A DNA stretch of 44,462 bases, filler included, from Catajapyx aquilonaris (Eukaryota): NCBI GenBank assembly GCA_000934665.2. It is 2 parts of 2 records of this genome, joined end to end, with 100 filler letters (N's around TTAATTAATTAA, not from the genome) between each part and the next. Parts side by side here need not be neighbours in the genome. Positions count along the whole stretch, not along the records: positions 22,304 to 44,462 come from JYFJ02005909.1; 1 more part is not named here. One strand, given 5' to 3'. A program made the position numbers and the translations under genes. Shown in pieces: positions 33,961-44,462 of this stretch. Below the pieces are notes generated by a model. The model did no database searches. It worked only from the letters and a program-made list of their open reading frames with translations, and had not been told where the DNA came from. The stretch's first letter is position 1. Each line of letters opens with the position of its first letter.

Positions 33961-36611
33961 CCGAAAAATAACTTCACTCAACCGGACAGTTTTAGTATAG
34001 GAGAGACCAGATCCACAGGATATATAAAGTCACTTGTTTGTTTTCCTGTAAGATGCACTAAGTAAGCAACTAGTGTTTGCAGTCGAAGACGGGATACACG
34101 GAAGTGTCATCGCGAAGAATGTCTCTGTAAAACTGCAAGCTTCCATCCCAGTTTGAGAATGGCTAGCCAGCGGGACACATGCGCACTGGGCCGTACCATT
34201 TAGCGAATACGTACATTGCCGCTCTGATCGTGAATGAGTTTTCACATATTTCGGAAGTTTCCACCTGAAGAGATTGTGCGTCATTCCCGTTCCATTGACT
34301 ATGAGAGCGTGATACCGAGACTAATATATTAGCATGCATTAATCAACCTCTTCGGCACGTGTCTAAACTGCAATGAAGGTGCACTGAAGGGCTGGCAAGT
34401 TTATATCTACCCAAGTACTTTCAGTGTATCTTCCAGAACTGCATAGACCGCCGGCCAGAGTTATCCAGTTGAACTTTGGCCCCCGCACGATGAGTGTGCT
34501 GGATTTGAGAGCTGTAAGCGCGGCTAATGAGAGGATTAATAAGCTTTTGAAGAGTTACAGTAGCTTCAGACCCGCTTAATTCTTGCCAAAGCCTGACTGC
34601 AGAATGGAGCGTGTAATACTATCTTAGATTGCAAGCCAAGTCGATGAAGGAACACTGGGGCCACGATTGTTCAGAAACATTCCTCCGGCTGGCAAAACCG
34701 CGCCCTCCTTTGTCCCAAAAGGCCCACCTTTTGCGCATCAATTCAAAGCAGGATAAATAATTAGCATGTAACGAGTGGGCGTAGTGCTGAGAGTTGAGTT
34801 AGTATGATGGAGAAGCCAGCTTTTGAACAAAGTGACCTAATGGAGGTCCCGGAACTGGTGTGCAATCAAGAAGTGACAAATATTGGTGGAGGAGGGTCGC
34901 GCTAAGTGGTCTACCAGACTTCCTTTTCAATGACGATCGCGGCTGATGTTCTACGAACTATAGTTGCTCCTTCTTCCTTCCCATCTGAAGCAGCATGGAT
35001 CCCCCCTATTTGCATGTAATTGCCTGAGACTTGGTTTTTTTTTCTCTCTCTTCTCCGCGGCGCTTTGTCAGATCATTATATCCTAGGAGCCTTCAGGGTA
35101 CAATTCCTACCTCTGGCGACAAAAGCCCCGTTTTGTGCAAACGAAGCCTTGCTGCTTGTAAGTGGAAAGCTGTCTGACCAATGACCTGTGCTCCATTGCT
35201 CTCGACTGTTTGCTAAGGAGTTCATTTAGAGTTGGAGAACAATCAATCCCGGGGCAATCATATTTCAAAGAAATGCCTGCAGACTGTGTATATGCAGAGC
35301 GGATGAAATACTGAGCAAAGGAACACCAGACGTGCTATATAAAGGACCTTGTTGACTCATTCGTGTTCCACCAGCTTCTGAAGGGTACAATGCCTGCCTG
35401 AAAGTCAAGGGCGCTAATTTGAAGCTGTTTTGTTGAAAGGATATATTTTTTCTGGTATAGTAGTTCAGTGCGCAGAATATTTGGTGGTCATTTTATTTAC
35501 AACTTTGATGAAGTGGAGGTGGCAGGCGGATAGTTTCAGAGAGCGCAATTTAAAATTATAATGCCACTTTAGGGCATAGCTGAAAGCGGGTTGAGCACCC
35601 CATCCAGTTTCGGCTTGATATTAATTAGGTGCACTGAAATGTAGATCCCGAATTATTTTAAAATTCATCATCCCGGGTCTGCGAACGATACCTGCTCTGA
35701 TGATGTCAAGGACACATGCATGGATAGTGAATGTATGTGACATATTGGACAGTCATGCGCCTCACTTGTGCTTACCGTGTTTGTCAAAAACACTTGTAAC
35801 TAGAGACCATCGCTATTCATTAGTTCGGCTGGCCTGGTGTGATTTACACAAATTAATGAGTTGCGAAAGGTGTGTTATCAAATTCTTTGCGGTATGGCAT
35901 ACTGTAGCCTTTACTTATTGCAGATGTACTGCATTATTCTCCCCAAATTACTTTTGTTTATGGTTACAGAGCGGCAAAATATTATGAAACTGCTCTGAAG
36001 TTTCAAAGTTGCGATACTTGATTATTGGTAAGCATTGTTTACAACAACTTGGAACACTGTTAGCAGCACATTTTCCCAGAGGACGCAGTCGAGTGAATTC
36101 AAGTTCCTGCTTCAGTGGCGAGGAAAAGGTCACTGCATAATTTCTTCCTGCGAAATGCATAGAAGCCGAACAACTGTGGTGCTCCATCTTGTTTCAAAAC
36201 TTTGACGTCTAGAATCAGAACTTTAAATTTCCGCCACCATTTTGGGAAATGAATTGACTCATGTCACCCTCGTCCTTGTTAACAAAAGAGCTGTCGGGCC
36301 TGGAATATATTTTCTAGGACGACTGCACAACATCAATTATTCGTAAAATTCTTCCGAATCTGACTCCACCATTTACAGTGTCTCCTTTAATTCAGTAATA
36401 CTGTACATGTCTACAGTACAGTATATCCGGGTGTAATTACATCTTAAGTTCCTGTTGCAACTATATAATGTACAGTATAGCGTGTTGCATCTAGCCAAAA
36501 GGAACGGAATAACGGCTGCATGTCACATTGAATGCTTTAATAATATTTCATTGAATGTTGCCTGTAAATGTGTATACTGGTATTTGAATTTTTTAAATCA
36601 ACTTGTGTCGC

Positions 36612-36612
36612 T

Positions 36613-36667
<55 letters not shown>

Positions 36668-36669
36668 TT
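36612..36669. repeat. (TTTA)n microsatellite
   Basis: ~14 TTTA units. Confidence 0.95.
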
Positions 36670-39512
36670 GGGAAAGGAAGAGTATGGTTTCCAATAATAT
36701 CTTGACTCTCGAGACAACAATTCATCTACACTAGCCATTTCGGACTGACAATCCAGCAAGGGTTACAAAGTCTTACCGACTTACATTATCGTCATTGGAA
36801 AAGGGGTTACGCAGCATTTCCTATGTGAGCGGTCTAATCACGGAGCTCACCGCGGATGACGGAAGACTGCCTTGTGACTTGAGTCCAAAAAAGTATGGAA
36901 CATAAACTTATCGATCTCCTTGGCGCTGTGTGAGCCTCATTGATCTCCAGACCCCTAATTGCTTAGGGATTACATCAATCTGAATCCCCACCTCCAGCCG
37001 TCCCAAATGCCTCTAAGACTAAGTTCATTAGAGTGATGTTTGGGGTCTGAGACAGGCACAGGGCCAAGAGAAGTAATTATTCATGAAAACTCACCAGTTC
37101 TCTCGGTCTACAAAGGCCACCGAATGGCGTGCTCGGGACACTCATTTCCTTTCAGGCTTTACTTTAGCTTGAATACAACGTGAATGGAATCTCACAAGTC
37201 GGCCAGGCACACACGCCTTTTCTTTCCTACTTTGACTTTGGCCTGCTATTCAGTCTTTTTTTTTGATTCCCAGCCAACGAGAATCCAGATATTTTGATTC
37301 GTATGCAGTATACGGTACGGTTTTCATATATGTCACGATGATTTCTTGCTCAGACTTGAGGATTAACTTGTGTTTGGACAATATTTTCTAGGGGCTGTCC
37401 TTGTCAGAAGGTCAGTGGGCCTCCAGCATGGATGTTGACTCACTGGATTGTTGTGGCGTAAATCTCCGTTGCTGAAGGATTTGTTTCATATGACTACTTT
37501 TTTAAAGCATGGTACAGTAGAACAGTATGCGCCTGCTATAAGCCTATCATTTTTACGTCCCACTAGGGAACTCGCGTGTAAATCCCTATCCATTCATTCG
37601 CGGGAAAGCCAAAGGGCGGAAAACATTTAAATGATTACATAGGTATATGCATTCTGTAAGCCTGCTCTGCTTCTTTCCAGGCAGGTCTCATATAGTGGTT
37701 TTACTACAGGTACTATAGTGTCTGTTCACAAATTGAAATAAATGCAAAGCATTTTCGCGACTCTGTAACACAATGGTACTCGGTACGTCCGTACATCAGT
37801 ACGTGAATTACAAAACATATCCTATCCGTCCCGCTTGGACAGGGGCAATCATGCAACAAATAGAGTTAGGAGCAACCAAAATATGCTGGGTAATACGAGC
37901 CTAAATGTGGCATTATTTAATAATTACCCCCAATTCACTTTTTGTGTTATATTCATTACGTCTAGTTTGCATATGAAACTGTAGTCGTTGAATTAATCGA
38001 ATACAATATTAAATCGAATTGAGCATCATACCAGCAAGTCACTCTAAGCATGTGACAATCTGGACTGGTGTTCCACATGGTCGAAGGCATATTCTGATAA
38101 AACCTCTGTGTTTTAGTTGCATTTGATCCCATCAACATTACAAAGAGATGCATATACCCACCCTGTATTTGGCAGGCTAATAGAGCAGAGGCATAGGCTA
38201 CTATACCGGTGACGTGACACCTCTCGTACGCTAAACCATCACTCGAAACTTGCTGCTTCTGCAAGTTTAGCCATTCATCAGAACATGATCTATCTCATAA
38301 AAAAAAGAGAAGAGTACTTTGGAAGGAGCACCTGGTGCGTGTGACACTGACATGCGGTGTAAAGCACACCTTTTCAGAGGTGGGAATGTGGAAAATCCCG
38401 CAGCTTCAAATCAATTACGGAGTTTCGATTCGTTCACGGGGGCCTTTGATCCGGAACGCCTATATATGGCGGCATATATCTCATGCTGGCAGCTCGCATG
38501 ACAACAGCCCCATCTCGTGCTCCAGTAGACGACATAAACAGGGTTATTTTTCTGCAGGTTCGCTCCCAAATCTGCGGCTTATATTTTTCTTTTCCTCTTT
38601 TCCAACGAGTTTGTCTTGGCAGAAAAAAGATCACGACTGTTCAAAGGGCAGCTGCGTATCATATTCCTCTCTGAGCATTGTTTTCTTCAAAAGAAGGGGG
38701 ATTATTGTTGGAAATGTCAGATTTCCAGAGGTCTCCGGTATTACCGAGCCACCGCAATTTCAGCGAGTGCCATGAAACTCCTGTTTCCATTATGTAAGTT
38801 GCATTCATATACGGTAAGGGAGATTAACATGGGGTTCATGCCCATTCTGTTTCTGATACTCCTATATACGACGTAGATGCTGTCTATGCCATAATATTCT
38901 TTATATTAAAATGCTTTAATGGGAGTAATTATGTTACGCTGTAATTATTCGTCGGTTGCAGTATATATGTTAGGCTCAAACACCGAAAACGGCCATTGCG
39001 CGAAAAAACCGTCCATTCTGCAAAATGATCTGTGCCAAACCATCCATTCTGCAGAATGGATGGCGCATTTTGCAGAATGCTCCATGTCAAACCGTCCATT
39101 CTGCAGAATGCTCATTGTCCAACCATCCATTCTGCAGAATGGATGGTTTGACATGGAGCATTCTGCAGAATGGATGTTTTAAACAGTTTTAAACCGTCCA
39201 TTCTGCAGAATGCTCCTTTCTCAAACTATCCATTCTGCAGAATGGACGGTTTAATGAAACGGCCAGAGCCCGAAATGCTCTTTTAAGGCCAGAACGCTTT
39301 CCTGGGCGAAACTTACACGTCAGGACGCCAATTTCGTGTCGGGATGGCTGGTTTAGAAGACGCCCATAACTCGTTGTGGCAGTTTCCTATTTCCCACTGT
39401 GCCATGTGTAGAAGCTGGAAATAAATCACCCTATTGTTGTTTGGCAAATGGTTGAAATACTTAACATTTGATGATGCTGTTTATTTTCCAGGAACTATTA
39501 CCTTCATCAGAA

Positions 39513-39760
39513 GAGGCGGGATTCCAATGTCCCCTAGGTCCATTTGTGTCCTGTTGAGATTTGAGTTTTTGTTGTCATAAAGTATTATATGGGCTTATAT
39601 GACTTTGGAAAAATCCTCCGATTTTCGTGCTTGGACCTAGAGACATTTGGTGTATTCTGACCTCAGGAGGAGGTGGGGAGTACCATAAGCTACCAATATA
39701 CTGTATGTCCTCAGCTCATTTTTTAAAAATATGGACTTAGGGGACCTTGGAATCCGCCTC
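39513..39760. mobile_element. Nested MITE with GAG termini (Sola2-like)
   Basis: TIR GAGGCGG(G)ATTCCAA(T/G)GTCCCCTA(G/A)GTCCAT; no clear TSD. Confidence 0.65.
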
Positions 39761-39772
39761 TAGCGTTCTAAC

Positions 39773-40449
39773 ACTTACAAGGGAACGGTCAGGGTTGGGA
39801 ACCTCCGATTTGGTTGAAACTGGCGTGAGGGGTCATTCATGTGCGATAGACACAGTGGTGAAAGTGTTAGCTCGCAACGTCCAGCCGTTTCCGAGATATG
39901 AGCGACAGTAACATCCGAATTTTGGCCCGCGCGCATTTGCCGGGAGCCGCTCTGCCAGCTCCAAATCCCTTCTACCTTGATTCCCCCCACTTTTTTCGAT
40001 CCCACACCACTATCCCCCACCAACATTTTCGTTTTCCATAGTTTCTTTCCTCCGGTATTTACTATGAGACCATCAAGCTTCTTTCTTTCGCTTCTGTCAA
40101 CTGCGAATAAAGAGCTTCTATACCTAAAATTGGGTAATGGGGAAAACTCATAATAAATACCGGAGCAAAGAAACTATGGAAAACGAAAATGTTGGTGGGG
40201 GAGTGGGGGATGGTGGTGTGGGATCGAAGAAAGTGGGGGGAATCAAGGTAGAAGGGATTTGGAGCTGGCAGAGCGGCTCCCGGCAAATGCGCACAGGCAA
40301 AATTCGAATGTTACTGTCGCTGATATCTCGGAAACGGCTGGACGTTGCGAGCTAACACTTTCACCACTGTGTCTATTGCACATGAATGACCCCTCACGCC
40401 AGTTTCAACCAAATCGGAGGTTCCCAACCCTGACCGTTCCCTTGTTAGT
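39773..40449. mobile_element. Nested fold-back MITE with ~290-bp arms
   Basis: ACTTACAAGGGAACGGTCAGGGTTGGGAACC... and its reverse complement ending at 40449. Confidence 0.85.
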
Positions 40450-40731
40450 CACACAGAATTACATTTAGTATTACTTTGAACGACATTTACATTTCTTATC
40501 AATGTAGTACTTTTTGCAACTGCGACTTACGAATCCCTGCTCCCTCGAACTTTCCACTACCTTTTAATTTTCAGGAGGGAGGACAAACTTCCTGCAGTGA
40601 TGGACAAGTTGCTGTTTTGAAACAGATAGCACTTTTCACGCGGCCTTTTAAGGGGCATTTGTTGCGTTTAGGCATAAGCATGTTATCACATGCTGTGAAG
40701 AGACAGGCAATGAAAATGCTGCCACCTATAA

Positions 40732-41012
40732 CTCTACCAATTGGGCACGAAACAAGGCATTTTAGAGAGGCTGTATGCTCGCAATGAGTTCACACCTGCT
40801 GATTCCAATTTTATAGATCTGAACGAAGTTCCTTCCACCAGTTCTGTATCTCTTCGATCGGCTTCAGCTCTAAGTTCAGGTAGTAAGCAGGGATTCATAA
40901 GTTGCAGTTGCAAAAAGTAGCCTACTGCACTGATAAGAAATGTAAATGTCGATCAAGCAATATTAAGTGCAATTCTAAGTGTCATCCGAACAGTGCCTGC
41001 AAAAACAAATAG
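40732..41012 (+). pseudogene. C-terminal fragment of a KRBA2/Ginger-type integrase-like transposase
   Basis: LYQLGTKQGILERLYARNEF...SLRSASALSSGSKQGFISCSCKK, then a frameshift to YCTDKKCKCRSSNIKCNSKCHPNSACKNK*. Confidence 0.78.
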
Positions 41013-41048
41013 ACTAATAATTGAAGGATAGGAGTTCCTGGAAGAAGG

Positions 41049-41263
41049 TAGTAATAATGGTCATAAATATTTGGAGGTAGGCCTAACACAGTTCTTGGAA
41101 ATGATGTACTAGTAACTTTGGTATCAAATATTTGGAGGTAACACCGTTCTTGGAAATGATGTACTAGTAATTTTGGTATCAAATATTTGGAGGTAACACC
41201 GTTCTTGGAAATGATGTACTAGTAATAATGGTAATAAATATTTGGAGGTAATAGTTCCTGGAA
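41049..41263. repeat. 55-bp minisatellite, ~3.7 copies
   Basis: Units start at 41110, 41165 and 41220: TAGTAA..TTGGTATCAAATATTTGGAGGTAACACCGTTCTTGGAAATGATGTAC. Confidence 0.85.
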
Positions 41264-41834
41264 AATAAACAGCAGCATCAAATGTTAAGTATTTCAACCA
41301 TTTGCCAAACAACAATAGGGTGATTTATTTCCAGCTTCTACACATGGCACAGTGGGAAATAGGAAACTGCCACAACGAGTTATGGGCGACTTCTAAACCT
41401 GCCATCCCGACACGAAATTGGCGTCCTGACGTGTAAGTTTCGCCCAGGAAAGCGTTCTGGCCTTCAAAAGAGCATTTCGGGCTCTGGCCGTTTCATTAAA
41501 CCGTCCATTCTGCAAAATGGACGGTTTAAAACTGTTTAAAACATCCATTCTGCAGAATGGATGGTTTGGCACAGATCATTCTGCAGAATGGACGGTTTTT
41601 TCGCGCAATGGCCGTTTTCGGGGTTTGAGCCTAACATATACACAGAAAAGTGTCAGTTGTGTAATTTTGGTTAGATATTTGCATAATCCAGTTGACGTGT
41701 CCTATAGTCAGTTGACTAATCTGGAAAGTCCCTTAACTGCCCTACACTGGTCATCTAACTTACTAGTCATCTTAACTCTGCACACCAGTACATTGCATTA
41801 GTTTGAAGTTATATTTTTATATTTACAGCCAATA

Positions 41835-42059
41835 CAGGGTGCCGGATAGAAACGATCGAAAAATAAAGATTCATATCTCAAAAGTGGCTCCCCGAAGACT
41901 CGGTGGAGGTGTGTATGGAAATCGCATATAGGTAACTAGACCTGACCCAATGGATTTTTCATATGGGGTCATGTGAAGAACATCGTATAACTTACCTCTA
42001 CCTTCAGCAGCTGACACCCGGCATGAGGGACGCTGTGGCAACGGTTACAACCAATATAT
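41835..42059 (+). mobile_element. Decayed rosa-like mariner relic
   Basis: TA|CAGGGTG terminus; frameshifted DLT.MDFFIWGHVKNIV-like motif at ~41939-41990. Confidence 0.55.
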
Positions 42060-42699
42060 AGTAGGAATCAGAACATGATGAACTTCAAACAAAATTGTAG
42101 AGTTGTAAATTGCAACAGTGCAAGGGTTTGGGCTGGTCATGGTGGGAGGGGGTCAGATAAGTGAGACCCTTCCTAATCTACCCTCCTTGGGCTTATATCA
42201 GGTGGGGTAGTGGGCCTTCTAAACTAATCCGTTAACTTTTTTAAAGACGCACCTTTTTGCATTTTTGACAGAAATATGAATTCTAAGGTGTCGAAAACCT
42301 ATATTTTCAATTTTTCATACCTGATTCATACCAGTCATGTCAAAAGTAGATCGCTCTAGCATGATAACTTCAACAAGGTTTCTTAATATACACATGGGTT
42401 TCCGTGGGCCTGTTTGTGACATGCCTGGTACGAATCGAGTATGAAGAGATAGGTTTTCGACACCTTAGAATCCATATTTGCCGTCAAAAATGCAAAAAAG
42501 GGGCGTCCTTAAAAAAGTTAGCGGATTATTTTAAAAGGTTCACTTCCCTATACCTGTGATAAGCCAGAGGAGGGTATATTAGGAACGGTCTCACTTATCT
42601 GACCCCCTCCTACTGTGGCCAGCCCAAACCCTTGCACTGTTGCAATTTACAGCGCTACTTTTTTTTTTTTTTGAAGTTCATCATGTTCTGATTCTTACT
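42060..42699. mobile_element. Fold-back MITE with ~280-bp imperfect arms
   Basis: GTAGGAATCAGAACATGATGAACTTCAAA... and its reverse complement ending at ~42698. Confidence 0.82.
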
Positions 42700-44462
42700 T
42701 TACCGTACACTACAAGTCATAATAAAAAACACATACTCTTCTGGGGGTCGAAATACTAATTTTTATTTTATCGGTCCACCTTAGGTGCGAACATTAGAAA
42801 TAATGCATTGAATAAATACATGTATGTTAAGAATTTTTAAAAATCTTTCTCAAAGCACTTGATGCGTGATTGGCATACGAACTTTGGAAGCGATAAGTTT
42901 TGGGTTAAATTGGCCACAAATTGGCCTTACAGAAGTACAGACTTGGGATTTTGGAATTTTGAAAAGGAAGTCTCACTGCCTCAGCTATCAATGTGCGTTC
43001 CAATAGGTCCCATTTTAAGCAAAGGCTCGCTTTAAACTTATTTGCGACATTTCCCGCTATTCTTTCCCTTTAGTGTCATGGCCGCCAGATTTTCAATTCG
43101 ATTCCAGATGGCCGCCTGTTGAGCAGTCTACTTTCTATATGTCATTGCCCTCGGCCGCATTACTCCTCCTCCTCTTGTTGGTCTTCCTCCTTCTCCAGCC
43201 CGGGTGCTTGAGCACTGCTGCATGGTATTCTCGGAGATGTAGGTTTCTACCACAACACTCTCCTTGGCTTGGATCTGAGGATCCTCGGCGACATCATCAG
43301 GGCTGGTCGTGCCGCTTGGCCTCCCTGCTGGCTACCTTCAACTGACTCTGGCTGGGACACCTGCTGCTGCCTCTGGGTCTCCAAGATCCCTGCATCCTCT
43401 GCTTTCTTCTATGCCACACCTCTGCGAAGAACTCCAGGAAGGCCATGGTCACTCCCGTTTCCTCCTCAGGAGTCAGGCGCTGCTGTGAATAGGGAAATCG
43501 TTACTGGAGTATTATTTGTAGTCTTTTCATGGCACTTGTGCGTGGGAGGTATTCCGGACCTACGTCGAAAGTGCCACTGGGTGCTCCTGAAATTTTCGGA
43601 ATTTTTTACGTGAGTAATGAGGAACTTCGACCTCACTGCGAAGCTATATACATGAACTGGAGGGCCGTTTGCAGAGCTGTTTTGCCAGGCAATTGCAGGT
43701 TGCAAACCGGAAACAGTGTAATACCCATTGTTACAGCCATGCTATAGGAAATGACGCCTGGTTATGTATCATATACTATTCGAATGCAGATGCTTCAAAG
43801 ACCGGATTAGATATGAATATTGTATAGATGACGTTTCTTACTGGTATGGCCCCGATAAACACACAGGTTTATACGGTATTAAGTTTCACGATATTAGTAG
43901 CATGCTGTATGCGTCGGGATCTAATCAGCGGGAATTCGCATGCGCGACTAGAGCGCACCATTCATCACGTATTACTAATTACATTACGTATTACATAATA
44001 GGGATCATCAACTCTTTCAAATTAGAGCCTTTTATGAAGATATATAGAAGCACGGATAAAAGCGAATGTGTGCGTGTTAAACATTTTCATGGAACAGCAG
44101 GAATTGGTAGATAGAGTTAGGAGAACTGCACACTGAAAAGGAAGTCAACTTGAATACCTAAAGGCAGCTTTACTTCTTCACTGCGAAGGCGTATTCCTAA
44201 TTACAACTACTAACTCCAATCCACGGAAACTTCGTAATAGATGCATCTTTAAAGGATGACGGGGAAAGGCCCGCATTTATTCTCGAACCCAGACTATTTC
44301 ACTATTTCTAGGCTAAAATAACTAATTGTAACTTACAGTACAGCATGTATAGAATATAGACTCGCTTTGCGAGGTGGGGGGGCTCCGCCCCCCCCCCCAC
44401 ACCCCCCCTTGGGGCTGCGCCCCAATTGGCGCGCCTTCGGCGCTATGCCCGTGTTCCGCCTA

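Larger units (their letters stand above)
38968..41636 (+). mobile_element. Ginger-like DNA transposon derivative with long TIRs
   Basis: TATA|TGTTAGGCTCAAAC ... GTTTGAGCCTAACA|TATA. Arms at ~38968-39505 and ~41245-41636. Contains a Cys-rich integrase-type tail. Confidence 0.75.

Noticed and set aside
38990..39250. Palindromic repeats with short spacers resembling a CRISPR array
   Set aside because: Spacers are related to each other and the array is mirrored in the opposite TIR, so these are subterminal transposon repeats.
41049..41263. CRISPR-like array
   Set aside because: Contiguous 55-bp units with no unique spacers, in eukaryotic DNA with no cas genes: a minisatellite.

Overview
This is eukaryotic DNA from an invertebrate, probably an arthropod, not a prokaryotic window. 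It consists of two contigs joined by an artificial 100-bp linker (44 N + TTAATTAATTAA + 44 N) at 22204-22303. The left contig opens with a decayed Ty3/Gypsy LTR retrotransposon on the - strand (2458-7459) that carries several nested DNA-transposon derivatives. It continues with a Helitron helicase relic and 12 hand-spliced + strand exons (9065-20897) of a divergent WDR60/DYNC2I1-like dynein-2 intermediate chain. The right contig holds the 5' seven exons (- strand, 33960-23070) of a type-A leucine-rich-repeat glycoprotein-hormone receptor (LGR1-like), and a Ginger-like element with long TIRs and nested MITEs (38968-41636). Introns and intergenic DNA are dense with MITEs, fold-backs, two tRNA-SINEs and mariner relics. 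Most entries in the ORF track are spurious. Homology calls rest on remembered motifs, not on database searches. I see no convincing new biological system. The best leads are a tRNA-like Pol III unit inside a DNA MITE, a filler-like templated insert in gag, the nesting series and the Ginger-like element.
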